DNA of 63,921 nt, counting the filler, from Acidimicrobiia bacterium (GTDB lineage Bacteria > Actinomycetota > Acidimicrobiia > Spongiisociales > SHLN01), in assembly GCA_041619515.1 (NCBI GenBank). It is 4 parts of 4 records of this genome, joined end to end, with 100 filler letters (N's around TTAATTAATTAA, not from the genome) between each part and the next. Parts side by side here need not be neighbours in the genome. Positions count along the whole stretch, not along the records: positions 1 to 19,556 come from JBFKDW010000057.1; positions 19,657 to 38,616 come from JBFKDW010000059.1; 2 more parts are not named here. One strand, given 5' to 3'. The notes under the pieces are model-generated. The model saw nothing but the letters and a program-made list of their open reading frames with translations, made no database searches and had not been told where the DNA came from. The translations under genes and the position numbers were made by a program. Below are positions 13,571 through 23,843 of this stretch, piece by piece (the first letter of the stretch is position 1; the number at the start of each line of letters is the position of its first letter).

Positions 13571-14619
13571 CGCTGGACAGGACGCTGGCGTGGCTGGTCG
13601 ACATCCCCTCCGAGACAGGCCACGAGGGCCGCATCGCCACCGCTATCGCCGAGCGGCTGCTCCCGACCTACGGGCACCCGGGAGTCGAGCGGATCGCAAA
13701 CAGCCTGGTGGTCGGTCACCGCGGGGGCCGCCCGCTCATCTCTCTGTTCGGGCACACCGACACCGTTCCCTCACAGGGGCAAGGCCCTGCGGTGGTGTCC
13801 AACGCCCGGCTGCACGGTTTGGGAGCCTCGGACATGAAGGCCGGTCTCGCCGTCATGATCCACCTGCTCGAGGACGAGGCGGTGCGGGCGTCGAACTTCG
13901 ACGTCGTCGGCGTCTTCTATGCGGCCGAAGAGGGTCCACACGAGGCCAACGAGCTGCAGCGGGTTTTCGACTCGGCCGGCTGGCTCGACGAGTCCGAGCT
14001 GGGGATCGTCCTCGAGCCGACCGATCTGAGCCTCGAGCTGGGGTGCCAGGGCGTCATCAACGCCCGGGCGACGTTCTTCGGCAAATCGGCCCACAGTGCC
14101 CGTCCGTGGCTGGGCGAAAACGCCATCACCCGCTCCGCCGGATGGCTCCGGGAGATGGGCGAACACCAGCCAGAACCGTTTGTGATTGCCGGCCTCGAGT
14201 TCAAGGAAGTGATCTCGGTTACCCGGGCCGGCGGTGGGATCGCCAACAACGTCCTCCCACCGCGATTCGACTGCAACGTCAACTACCGGTTTGCCCCGAA
14301 CAAGACTCTTGACGAGGCGGCTGCCAAGCTGGCCGGGCTGCTGGCCGGCGTCGACGAGTATGTGATCATCGATTCCGCCCCGGCCGGCCGGGTGGACGCC
14401 GACAACCATCATGTGAAGCGCCTGGCAGCCGTCACCGGGGCGGAGGAGCATCCCAAGCAGGGCTGGACCGATGTCGCCCGCCTCTCCGAACGGAATATCC
14501 CGGCAGTCAACTTCGGGCCGGGGGAGGTGGCCCAGGCCCATCAGGCAGACGAATCGGTTGCCCTCGAGAACCTGGAGCGCGCCTTTGTGCACCTCAAGCG
14601 GTTCCTGGTGGAGACCTGA
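13567..14619 (+). CDS. dapE: Succinyl-diaminopimelate desuccinylase
   Basis: GHTDTVP, SDMKAG, AEEG, AHSARPWLG, GWTDV, AHQADE. Confidence 0.93.
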   Translation: MTLDRTLAWLVDIPSETGHEGRIATAIAERLLPTYGHPGVERIANSLVVGHRGGRPLISLFGHTDTVPSQGQGPAVVSNARLHGLGASDMKAGLAVMIHLLEDEAVRASNFDVVGVFYAAEEGPHEANELQRVFDSAGWLDESELGIVLEPTDLSLELGCQGVINARATFFGKSAHSARPWLGENAITRSAGWLREMGEHQPEPFVIAGLEFKEVISVTRAGGGIANNVLPPRFDCNVNYRFAPNKTLDEAAAKLAGLLAGVDEYVIIDSAPAGRVDADNHHVKRLAAVTGAEEHPKQGWTDVARLSERNIPAVNFGPGEVAQAHQADESVALENLERAFVHLKRFLVET

Positions 14620-14679
14620 ACGGCACGGCGGTGCCTTGGGAGAAATCGTCGGCCCGGCCGCTACTACCATTCCCGCCGC

Positions 14680-14970
14680 ATGCCCGTTGACATCGACATT
14701 GCCAAGGTTGCCCGGCTCGCCCGGCTGGCGCTGAATGAGCAGGAGCTCGAGCTGTATCGCGTGCAATGCGAGACCGTGCTCGAGCATGCGGCGCTCGTTC
14801 AGGCGCTCCCCACCGAAGGGGTCGCCCCCACTTCGCACCCGCTGCCATTGACCAATGCTTTCCGGGACGACGTCGTTACCGACTGCCTCGATCGCGAGGA
14901 AGTCCTCGCCCAGGCCCCGGACCGGGATGGGGATTACTTCCTCGTGCCCCGCATCCTCGACGAGCCGTGA
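14680..14970 (+). CDS. gatC: Asp/Glu-tRNA amidotransferase subunit C
   Basis: VARLARLAL, PTSHP, FLVPRIL; first gene of gatCAB. Confidence 0.95.
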   Translation: MPVDIDIAKVARLARLALNEQELELYRVQCETVLEHAALVQALPTEGVAPTSHPLPLTNAFRDDVVTDCLDREEVLAQAPDRDGDYFLVPRILDEP

Positions 14971-16442
14971 CCGACCTCGCCGATCTCGGCGTGACGGACG
15001 CCGCCGCCGGCCTGCGGAAGGGCGAGTTCACCTCGGTTGAGCTGCTGGAGGCGGTTCACCGTCGGGCGGCGGTCACCGAGGCCGAGCTTCACGCCTATCT
15101 CACGATCGATCGCGAGGGGGCGGCCCGGGGGGCAGTAGCAGCAGACGCCGCCTTCAAGGCCGGGAGCGACTTCGGCCCGCTGCACGGCATCCCGGTGGCG
15201 CTCAAGGACAACATGGTCACGCGAGGGCTCGAAACCACCTGCTCGTCGAAGATCCTCTCCGGGTATCTTCCTCCATACGATGGCACGGCGGTGAGCCGAC
15301 TCAAGTCCGGCGGCTCGATCATATTGGGCAAGACCAATCTCGACGAGTTTGCGATGGGCTCGTCGACTGAGAACTCGGGATACGGGCCGACCCGCAATCC
15401 CTGGGACCCCGAGCGGGTGCCCGGGGGGAGCTCAGGGGGATCGGCCGCGGCGGTGGCCGTCGGCTCGGCTGTGGCCGCCTTCGGGAGTGATACCGGCGGC
15501 TCAATTCGACAGCCGGCGGCGCTGTGCGGGATCGTGGGTATGAAGCCCACGTACGGCCTGGTGAGCCGCTACGGACTGATCGCCTTCGCGTCCTCGCTCG
15601 ACCAGATCGGTCCGCTCACCCGCAGCGTCGAGGATGCCGTCGCGGCACTCGAGGTCGTCGGCGGTCACGATCCGTGTGACTCAACGAGCTACCCCGGACC
15701 GGTGCCCGACTACCGATCCGGCCTCGAGTCCGGCGTGAGCGGCCTGCGGGTGGGTGTGGTCGCCGAGCTCAACGGGGGCGGCATCGAGCCGGCCGTCCAG
15801 GCGGCGGTGGACGCCACTATCGAGCAGCTGGAAGGAGCCGGCGCCACGGTGGTTCCGGTGTCGCTTCCGTCCGTCGAGTATGCGCTGTCGGCGTACTATC
15901 TCATCGCCCCCGCCGAGTGCTCGGCCAACCTCGCCCGGTTCGACGGAGTCCGGTACGGTCTCCGGCGCTTGGGGGAGAACGTCGAAGAGATGATGTCGAA
16001 CACGCGGGCCGACGGCTTTGGCCCCGAGGTCATCCGGCGCATTCTGCTCGGGACCTACGCCCTCTCGGCCGGTTATTACGACGCGTTCTACGGCCAGGCG
16101 CAGCGAGTCCGTTCATTGATCATCAGCGACTTCGCCGCCGCCTACGAGGTGGCAGACGTGCTGGTGTCCCCGACCAGCCCGACCACGGCCTTCTCGCTGG
16201 GAGCTCGCACCCAGGACCCGCTTTCGATGTACATGTCGGACGTCTGCACCATCCCTTCCAACATGTCGGGCGATCCCGCCATCTCCATTCCGATTGGCCT
16301 CGACGACGCCGGCCTTCCCATCGGCTTTCAGATCATGGCGCCGGCCTTGGGAGAGCCGGTCCTGTTCCGAGTGGCGGCCGAAGTCGAGCGGCTCGCAGCC
16401 TTTGACTCCAGGGCCGGGCTCGCCTCATCGGAGGTTTCGTGA
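14967..16442 (+). CDS. gatA: Asp/Glu-tRNA amidotransferase subunit A
   Basis: KTNLDEFAMGSSTENS, PGGSSGGSAAAV, SDTGGSIRQPA. Confidence 0.98.
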   Translation: MTDLADLGVTDAAAGLRKGEFTSVELLEAVHRRAAVTEAELHAYLTIDREGAARGAVAADAAFKAGSDFGPLHGIPVALKDNMVTRGLETTCSSKILSGYLPPYDGTAVSRLKSGGSIILGKTNLDEFAMGSSTENSGYGPTRNPWDPERVPGGSSGGSAAAVAVGSAVAAFGSDTGGSIRQPAALCGIVGMKPTYGLVSRYGLIAFASSLDQIGPLTRSVEDAVAALEVVGGHDPCDSTSYPGPVPDYRSGLESGVSGLRVGVVAELNGGGIEPAVQAAVDATIEQLEGAGATVVPVSLPSVEYALSAYYLIAPAECSANLARFDGVRYGLRRLGENVEEMMSNTRADGFGPEVIRRILLGTYALSAGYYDAFYGQAQRVRSLIISDFAAAYEVADVLVSPTSPTTAFSLGARTQDPLSMYMSDVCTIPSNMSGDPAISIPIGLDDAGLPIGFQIMAPALGEPVLFRVAAEVERLAAFDSRAGLASSEVS

Positions 16443-17881
16443 GCTACGAGGCGATCATCGGCATCGAAACTCACGTCGAGCTCACCACCGACTCGAAGAT
16501 GTTCTGCGGCTGTCCGGCGGATTTCGGGGCACCGCCAAACACCAACGTCTGTCCGGTTTGTCTGGGGCTCCCGGGGGCGCTGCCGGTCGTCAACGCCCGG
16601 GCCGTGGAATATGCCATGAGGATCGGGCTGGGCCTCAACTGCAAGGTCGCCGGGCACTCGGTGTTTGCCCGCAAGAACTACTTCTATCCCGACATGCCCA
16701 AGAACTACCAGATATCCCAATATGATGAGCCCCTGTGCGTGAATGGCCATCTCGACATCGAAGCCGGCGAGGGAACCCACCGGGTGGGGATCACCCGTGT
16801 CCACATGGAAGAGGACACCGGCAAGAGCACCCATGTTGGCGAGGGAGGGCGGATTCAAGGTGCCACCTACTCCCTCATCGATTTCAACCGGGCGGGGGTC
16901 CCGCTCATGGAAATCGTCTCTGAGCCCGACCTGCGCTCGGCCGAGCAAGCGCGAGCCTTCGTCTCCGAGTTGCGGGGGGTGGTGCTGCGCCTCGGCGTGT
17001 CCGACGCCAAGCTCGAAGAGGGCAGCATGCGATTCGACGGGAACGTCTCGCTGCGACCGGCCGGCACCGAAGCCTTCGGGACCAAGGTCGAAGTCAAGAA
17101 CATGAACTCGATGCGTTCTCTCCAGCGTGCCCTCGACTACGAGATAGAACGCCAGGCTTCGCTGCTCGAGGCCGGCGATCCCGTCATTCAGGAAACCCGC
17201 CACTGGGACGAGGACGCCGGGGTGACGTCCGGGATGCGCTCGAAGGAGGAGGCATTCGACTACCGGTACTTTCCGGAGCCCGACCTGGTCCCGGTGGCGG
17301 TCGACGACGCATGGCGGGACCGGGTGGCCGGTTCCCTCCCCGAGCTGCCCTCCGAGGCCCGCAGCAGGTACGTCCAGCAGGGTCTTGATCCGGCTGCGGC
17401 CGCCGTCCTCTCCCGGGAATTGGATTATGGGGCCGTGTTCGAAGAGGCGGTCGGGGCGGGAGGAGATCCCCGGACCGTTGGCAATTGGCTCACCGGTGAG
17501 GTGACCGCCTTGCTTCGTCGGACCGGCTCGGAGTTGTCGGAGAGCTCGCTGAACGGGGGGGCGCTCGCCGAGCTGTCGTCCATGGTGGCGGATGGACGCT
17601 TGTCGGCGTCGGCCGCCAAGGAGGTGCTCGCCGGTGTCGCAGCCGGTGAGGGAACTCCAGTCGAGGTGGCGGAGCGCCGGGACCTGATCCAGGTTTCCGA
17701 CGCCGGCTCCCTGGAGCCAGTGGTTGCGGAGGTACTGGGGGCACACCCCGAGGCGCTCGACAAGCTCCGCAACGGCGACGACAAGGTCATCGGGTTTCTC
17801 ATCGGCCAGGTCATGCGGGCCACTGGGGGCAAAGCTGATCCTGCCACGGTTACCTCGCTCATTCGAAAGCGGGTGGGTTGA
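16439..17881 (+). CDS. gatB: Asp/Glu-tRNA amidotransferase subunit B
   Basis: IGIETHVEL, RKNYFYPDMPKNYQISQ, DYRYFPEPDL. Confidence 0.98.
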   Translation: MSYEAIIGIETHVELTTDSKMFCGCPADFGAPPNTNVCPVCLGLPGALPVVNARAVEYAMRIGLGLNCKVAGHSVFARKNYFYPDMPKNYQISQYDEPLCVNGHLDIEAGEGTHRVGITRVHMEEDTGKSTHVGEGGRIQGATYSLIDFNRAGVPLMEIVSEPDLRSAEQARAFVSELRGVVLRLGVSDAKLEEGSMRFDGNVSLRPAGTEAFGTKVEVKNMNSMRSLQRALDYEIERQASLLEAGDPVIQETRHWDEDAGVTSGMRSKEEAFDYRYFPEPDLVPVAVDDAWRDRVAGSLPELPSEARSRYVQQGLDPAAAAVLSRELDYGAVFEEAVGAGGDPRTVGNWLTGEVTALLRRTGSELSESSLNGGALAELSSMVADGRLSASAAKEVLAGVAAGEGTPVEVAERRDLIQVSDAGSLEPVVAEVLGAHPEALDKLRNGDDKVIGFLIGQVMRATGGKADPATVTSLIRKRVG

Positions 17882-19556
17882 GTGGAGGTTGCGCTGGAGC
17901 CCGATCGCCTCACCCAGGACGAGGCGCATGCCCGATCCCGGGCGATCTCCGACATCCGCTACCAGTTGCACCTCGACCTCGAAGCCGAGGCGAAGAGCTA
18001 TGAGGGCGAGTGCACGATCCGCTTTGCGTTCCACGGTGGGGGAGCGACGTTCATCGATTTCACCGGATCGGTCATCGACCAGTTCTCGGTCAACGGGATC
18101 GATCGGGAGCCCGTCTGGCACGACAATCGCATCCACATTCGTCCCGAGTGGCTGGAGAGCACGAATGAGATCAAGATTCGCTACTCGAACGAATACGACC
18201 ATTCGGGTGAGGGCTTTCACCAGTTCTTCGACCCGGAAGACGGTGGCGAGTACCTCTACACCCAGTTCGAGCCGTTCTCGGCCCACCGGATGTTTCCGTG
18301 CTTTGATCAGCCGGATCTAAAAGCGGTCTACGAGCTGGCGGTCACCGGGCCGACCGACTGGGTCATCCTGGCCGCCTCCCGGATCGTCGAACGCACGGAG
18401 GGCAACGACGGCCGCACTCGCCGCACCTACGAGGAGACCGTGCCATTCAGCACCTACTTGCTCTCGGTGGTGGCAGGGCCCTACCAGCATGTCACTGCCG
18501 AGCACGACGGGATTCCGCTCGGCCTCTATTGCCGGAGCACTCTCATCGACCACATCGACGCCGACGAGCTGCTGGCCCTCACCGCCACCGGGATGGACTT
18601 CTTCGGCGACTTCTTCGGGATTTCATACCCGTTCACGAAATACGATCAGATCTTCGTGCCTGAGTTCAACTGGGGCGGCATGGAGAACGTCGGCAACGTC
18701 ACCTACACCGACCGGTACCTGTTTCGCGACCCTCCCACCGACATCCAACGGCTGAATCGGGCAGAGACGGTGCTGCACGAGCTCGCCCATCAGTGGTTCG
18801 GGGACCTCGTGACCATGAGATGGTGGAACGATGTGTGGCTGAACGAGAGCTTCGCAACCTACATGTCCTATCTCGCTCTGGAGCGGGCGACCGACTTCGC
18901 CGACGGGTGGCAGGATTTCCAGGCCGACATGAAGCTATGGGCAATGGAGGCAGACCAGCTGCCGACCACCCATCGGATCGCCGACCACATCCCCAGCACC
19001 GACGAGACGTTCTTGAATTTCGATGGCATCACCTACGGGAAAGGCGCTGCGGCCTTGAAGCAGCTCGTCGCCGCCGTGGGCGAGGATGTATTTCGGGACG
19101 GCATGCGTGCCTACTTCTCCCGTTTTGCATTCGGGAACGCCACCCTGGCCGATTTCCTCACCGCGCTCGCCGAGGGTGCCGGGACCGATCTCCGCGCCTG
19201 GTCGGCGGCCTGGCTCGAGTCGCCCTCCCTCAACACGCTCGGCGTCGAGTGGTCGGTCGCGGCCGGCGCCATCGCCGAAATGCGGCTGGTACAAGAGGCC
19301 CCGCACGAGTATCCGACCACCCGGCCCCACGTCGTCGACGTAGCGGTGGTGCGCGACACCTCCGGCCAGATCGAAGTCGAATCGCATCGGGTCCACCTCT
19401 CGGGCCGATCTGCTCCGATCGCGGCCGCCGTTGGGCGCCCGGCTCCGCTGCTGGTGTTCCCCAATCACGGGGACCACACGTTTGCCAAGGTCATGCTCGA
19501 CCCCACGTCGCGAGCATTCGCGGAGGAGCGACTCGACGACATAGCCGATCCGCTGC
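17882..19556 (+). CDS. pepN: Aminopeptidase N (M1 family), cut by contig end
   Basis: GGMEN, HELAHQWFG-x-E zinc motif, FDGITYGKGA. Confidence 0.95.
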
Positions 19557-19656
19557 NNNNNNNNNNNNNNNNNNNNNNNNNNNNNNNNNNNNNNNNNNNN
19601 TTAATTAATTAANNNNNNNNNNNNNNNNNNNNNNNNNNNNNNNNNNNNNNNNNNNN
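19557..19656. other. Artificial contig linker
   Basis: N44-TTAATTAATTAA-N44, stops in all six frames. Confidence 0.99.
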
Positions 19657-19658
19657 AG

Positions 19659-19799
19659 ATCGGCGTGTGCGGCGAGCACGGAGGCGACGCGGCGTCGATC
19701 GCCTTCTTCGACGAGATCGGTCTCGACTATGTGAGCTGCTCGCCGTACCGGGTGCCCGTCGCCCGGCTGGCCGCCGCCCACTCGGCGCTGCAGGTCTAG
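19659..19799 (+). CDS. ppdK: Pyruvate phosphate dikinase, C-terminal fragment
   Basis: [40 protein letters not shown]. Confidence 0.95.
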   Translation: MGVCGEHGGDAASIAFFDEIGLDYVSCSPYRVPVARLAAAHSALQV

Positions 19800-19918
19800 C
19801 GCCCACCGAGCAGAAGGCCGCGGTTCCGGCATATGGCTCGCCTCGCGTCGGCACGAGATGCGAGGCGGATCGGTTCCAAGCCCGATCGGAGTTCATGCCG
19901 CTGAGGAGCGGCTCGAAA

Positions 19919-20134
19919 TCAGAAACTCCCGTGGGGTCGAAGCTCCGGGTGCGGATTCACCGGCACCGGCAGCGACGGCCACGAGAAGGAACGGCGTTCA
20001 CGCCGGGCTTGCTGTGGCTCGAGCATCGACCACGCAACCTGACCCGAGCTGCGACGCCTGGCCCGCCCGAACTGCGAAGCGGTCGCCCCGTCCAAGGATG
20101 TGCGAGCCTTCCGACCGTAGATCTGGTTCCTCAT
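19919..20134 (-). CDS. Possible small protein (71 aa), divergent from the Rrf2 gene
   Basis: GAGAGGAG Shine-Dalgarno-like sequence just before ATG; no recognised domain. Confidence 0.35.
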   Translation of the reverse strand: MRNQIYGRKARTSLDGATASQFGRARRRSSGQVAWSMLEPQQARRERRSFSWPSLPVPVNPHPELRPHGSF

Positions 20135-20166
20135 GCCGGCTCCTCTCGCGTTCGTGGAGTCACATT

Positions 20167-20209
20167 ATTGAGTTGAGCACTCAATTACAAGTTACATTGT
20201 CAACGTTGA
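20167..20209. promoter_or_regulatory. Candidate operator palindromes in an AT-rich divergent promoter
   Basis: ATTGAGT-N5-ACTCAAT (20167-20185) and TCAACGTTGA (20200-20209). Confidence 0.5.
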
Positions 20210-20247
20210 TGTGCTATGTTCCATATAGACCCAATCGAACGGGAGGG

Positions 20248-20679
20248 ATGATGAGGTTGGGGCTGACGAAGAAGGGTGGCTATGCGGTGGGAGCGGTCCT
20301 CGACATCGCCCGCCACCACCCCCAGTTGCGAACGACCCGCCAAATCACCGAGACGATGGACCTGCCGCGGGACTTCATCAGCCAAATCCTGGCGTCGCTG
20401 GTGCGCTACGGGGTTCTCCGATCAGCGGCCGGGCCCGCCGGTGGCTACACGCTGCAACGCCCACCGGCCGAAGTCACCGTTCTCGATGTCATCGAGATCA
20501 TCGAAGGGCCCATAACTCTCGAGGAGTGCGTCCTCGGTGGCGGAGCATGCGACTGGTCCCGGCTGTGCTCCCTCCACGACATCTGGAGTAATGCCCAGCG
20601 CGAGTTCCAACGGCAATTGGCGACCACCTCGTTCGAGAGCCTGTCCGCCGTCGACACGGGCATCAGCGCCGGCATGTAG
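20248..20679 (+). CDS. Rrf2-family transcriptional regulator with three Cys (Fe-S type)
   Basis: GPAGGYTLQRPPAEVTVLDVIEIIEG; CVLGGGACDWSRLCSLH. Confidence 0.92.
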   Translation: MMRLGLTKKGGYAVGAVLDIARHHPQLRTTRQITETMDLPRDFISQILASLVRYGVLRSAAGPAGGYTLQRPPAEVTVLDVIEIIEGPITLEECVLGGGACDWSRLCSLHDIWSNAQREFQRQLATTSFESLSAVDTGISAGM

Positions 20680-20710
20680 AACCCATCGGCCACCCACCAC
20701 ACGTGGATGG

Positions 20711-22444
20711 CTAGATGAGCACGGCCGGCCGCCACCCCCGCAACGAGCTGAGCACTGCCAGCTCGTCGGCCTCCTCCAGCTGCGCAACCGGGAGCGATCT
20801 CACGAGGAGGCGGCCGCCCTCGATGAGCTCAGCGCGGAGGACGCCCGGGAGGCAGCCGTCTTCGATGGGCGGTGTCACCCAGTCCTCGCCGAACCTGGCT
20901 GCCAGGTTGGCGGTGGTGGTCTCGGTCGCCAGGCCGAGCTCGTTGACCAGGACGACATCGTCCACCGACGGATGCCGCCCGATCGCCGCCTCATACACCT
21001 CGCGATTGGTCGTCTTGTGAAAGAGGAGCACGTGCTGGGAATCAACCCGCTCGCCGTCGATGGCGAGGCGAACCGGCTGGGTCCCGGCCACAAGCGGGGC
21101 ATGCTCGATGGTGACCCCGCCCCCGTCGTCGACCACCAGCCGCACTCGCAGCTCCACGTCGCCGCCGACAGCGGCCAGCCCGGCTTCGATATCGGCCGCG
21201 GGATAGGGCCGGCCGAAGTAGCCGGCGGATCGGCTGAGCCGGTCCAGGTGGCTTCCGAGGCGGACGATCCCCTCCCCCGGCCGCCAGAGCATGGTTTCCA
21301 GCAGCGAGAAATCTGGGGCGCGATGGCTGAGGACCTCCGCCTTGACGAGGGCCTCGTCGTACTCGGCCGCCGTCACCGAGTCCCAGGTGATTCCGCCCCC
21401 GGTGCCGTACTCGGCAGCTCCGCTTTGATCCTCGATCACGACAGTTCGGATCGCCACGTTGAACTCGGCGCGGGGCTCGCCGCTGCCGGGAGGCGCCAGC
21501 AGGCCGACGGCTCCGCAGTAGAGGCCCCGCGGCGCCATCTCCAGCTCGCGGATGATTTCCATCGTTCGCGCCTTGGGAGCGCCGGTCACCGAGCCGGAAG
21601 GAAACAGCGCACTCAGCACGTCCAGCAGACCCACCTCGGGACGAGGGGTGGCCTTGATGGTGGAAGTCATCTGCCACAGCGTTTCGAAGCGCTCGACGCT
21701 GAACAGATCGGTCACCTGCACGGACCCGAACTCGGCAATCCTCCCGAGGTCGTTGCGCACGAGATCCACGATCATCAAGTTCTCCGCCCGATCCTTTTCG
21801 GAGGCCTCCAGACGCCGGCGGCGTTGTTCGTCCTCGGCCGGCCACCGGCCCCGCCTGCTGGTTCCCTTCATCGGTCGGGTCGTGATCCCTTCGTCGTCCC
21901 ATCGAAAGAACAACTCGGGGCTGGCCGACAGGATCTGCAGATGCCCGATGTCGACGAAGGCGCCGAAGCCGCCGGCCTGTGCCGATACCAGGTCGGCGTA
22001 CGCACTCAGCGCATCCCCGGAGAACCGGCCCCGCATGCGCATCGTGAAGTTCACCTGATAGGTGTCACCCGCTCTGATCAACCGATGGATGGCCGCCAGG
22101 GCGGCGCCGTATTCGGATCGGGCCAGCCCGGGCTCCCAGGCCCCAAGCAGGTGCGGCAAGTCCGGCGGCCACGGGGGGTTCAGCTCGCGCCGATCGAACA
22201 CGGCGAACCACGCCAGGGGCATCCCGGATGGGCCCGGGTGGGTCACGAGCACCGGATCGATGCCCGGAGCAGCCTCGTAGCACAGGAACCCGGCCACCCA
22301 CCGTCCTGCGGCGGCATGGTCCTCGGCGGCCGCAATGACCTCACCGACCGCCGCCACCGAATCGGTCGTCACGACCTCGACCGGATCGACGAATCTGAAC
22401 CCGCGCCGGTGACCCGGCCGAAGATCGTCGAAGCGGACCTGCAT
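20711..22444 (-). CDS. pabB: Aminodeoxychorismate synthase component I fused to ADC lyase (class IV aminotransferase-like)
   Basis: GDTYQVNFT, TRPMKGT, AENLMIVDLVRNDLG, GSVTGAPK; C-terminal HKTT, GCLPGVLR. Confidence 0.92.
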   Translation of the reverse strand: MQVRFDDLRPGHRRGFRFVDPVEVVTTDSVAAVGEVIAAAEDHAAAGRWVAGFLCYEAAPGIDPVLVTHPGPSGMPLAWFAVFDRRELNPPWPPDLPHLLGAWEPGLARSEYGAALAAIHRLIRAGDTYQVNFTMRMRGRFSGDALSAYADLVSAQAGGFGAFVDIGHLQILSASPELFFRWDDEGITTRPMKGTSRRGRWPAEDEQRRRRLEASEKDRAENLMIVDLVRNDLGRIAEFGSVQVTDLFSVERFETLWQMTSTIKATPRPEVGLLDVLSALFPSGSVTGAPKARTMEIIRELEMAPRGLYCGAVGLLAPPGSGEPRAEFNVAIRTVVIEDQSGAAEYGTGGGITWDSVTAAEYDEALVKAEVLSHRAPDFSLLETMLWRPGEGIVRLGSHLDRLSRSAGYFGRPYPAADIEAGLAAVGGDVELRVRLVVDDGGGVTIEHAPLVAGTQPVRLAIDGERVDSQHVLLFHKTTNREVYEAAIGRHPSVDDVVLVNELGLATETTTANLAARFGEDWVTPPIEDGCLPGVLRAELIEGGRLLVRSLPVAQLEEADELAVLSSLRGWRPAVLI

Positions 22445-22496
22445 CCGGCGAGCGTAGCCCGGGCCGAACCGACCCGGCTGCCGTATTCTGGCCGGG

Positions 22497-23843
22497 ATGG
22501 AGCCACGCCACCTTCCGTCTGTGACCGAGCTGATGGCTGCGCTCGAGCCCTCCGGCCTCGCGCGCGACATCACAGCAGGTCTCGCCCGCCGCGCCCTCGA
22601 CGAAGCCCGCCGGCAGATCGAAGACGGTGGGGAAGCCGACCCGGTAGCTGCCGCCAAGGCTGAGGCTGCCCGCATCGGCCGGCTGCGGCCCGGCCCGCTC
22701 ATCAACGCCGGCGGGGTGCTCCTCAACACCAACCTGGGCAGGGCCCCGCTGCACGGCGACGCCGTGGCCGCGGCCGCCGCCGCCCTCGCCCACTATGGGA
22801 ACGTGGAGTTCGACCTCGACCGCGGCGGGCGGGGCGGACGCGGCACGTACGTGCACGACCTGATCGTGACTCTGACCGGTGCCGAGGCAGCCCTCGTGGT
22901 CAACAACAACGCGGGAGCGCTGTTTCTGGCCCTGGCCGCGCTCGGCCGCGGCAGGCAGGTGGTGATCTCTCGCGGCGAGCTCATCGAGATCGGAGGGTCT
23001 TTCCGGCTCCCGGAACTGATGGCCGCGGCCGGGGTGTGGCTCATGGAAGTCGGAACCACCAACCGCACGAGGAAAGCCGACTACGCCAATGCCATCGGAG
23101 CGGACACCGCCGTGATCCTCAAGGTGCACCCCTCCAACTACCGCACGGTCGGGTTCACGGAGGAAGCCGGCTATCGCACGCTGGCGGATCTGGCGCGGCG
23201 GCACCGCCTGCCGTTCGTCGCCGATGTCGGTAGCGGCCTGCTCGACGCCGAAGTGCCCTGGCTGCCGGGGCCGCCGCCCGCCTGGGTGCGCGGCGAACCG
23301 GCCGTCCGTCAAACCGTCGCCGATGGTGCCGACCTCGTGTTGTTCTCCGGCGACAAGCTGCTGGGAGGCCCGCAGGCGGGCATCATCGCCGGAGACGAGG
23401 GGCTCATTGAGCGCCTCCGGGGTCATCCGATCGCTCGCGGCGTGCGGTGCGACGCTTCGACGCTGGCGGCACTGGCCGTCACCCTCGAGCTGTATGCCAG
23501 CGGACGGGCCGGCGAGATCCCCTTCTGGGCGATGGCTGCGCTACCGGCCTCCGAGCTGGAAGCAAGATCGAAGGCTTGCCTGCACGCGGCCGGAGTCGAA
23601 GGTGAGGTCACCCAGGGCGAGTCCATCGTGGGGGCCGGATCGGTGCCCGGCCAGACGATTCCCGGCCCGGTGATCCTCGTCCCGGGGGTGGATGCCGACG
23701 CTGCCTGGCAGGCTCTGCTTGCAGGAGAACCCCCGGTCGTAGCCCGCCGCCTGGCCGGAGACCTCATCATCGACCTCCGGGCGGTGGCGCCCGACCAGGA
23801 CGCTGCGGTAGCTGCGGCACTGGCGCGGGCATGCCGATCGTAG
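22497..23843 (+). CDS. selA: L-seryl-tRNA(Sec) selenium transferase
   Basis: TNLGRAP, VNNNA, SRGELIEIGGSFRLP, EVGTTNRT, FSGDKLLGGPQAG. Confidence 0.97.
   Translation: MEPRHLPSVTELMAALEPSGLARDITAGLARRALDEARRQIEDGGEADPVAAAKAEAARIGRLRPGPLINAGGVLLNTNLGRAPLHGDAVAAAAAALAHYGNVEFDLDRGGRGGRGTYVHDLIVTLTGAEAALVVNNNAGALFLALAALGRGRQVVISRGELIEIGGSFRLPELMAAAGVWLMEVGTTNRTRKADYANAIGADTAVILKVHPSNYRTVGFTEEAGYRTLADLARRHRLPFVADVGSGLLDAEVPWLPGPPPAWVRGEPAVRQTVADGADLVLFSGDKLLGGPQAGIIAGDEGLIERLRGHPIARGVRCDASTLAALAVTLELYASGRAGEIPFWAMAALPASELEARSKACLHAAGVEGEVTQGESIVGAGSVPGQTIPGPVILVPGVDADAAWQALLAGEPPVVARRLAGDLIIDLRAVAPDQDAAVAAALARACRS

Noticed and set aside
19557..19656. TTAATTAATTAA palindrome within N runs (also 38617-38716 and 57466-57565)
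   Set aside because: Artificial scaffold linker; ORFs running into it and cross-linker gene neighbourhoods are not real
20711..22444. PabB-PabC fusion as a novelty
   Set aside because: This fusion is widespread and already known
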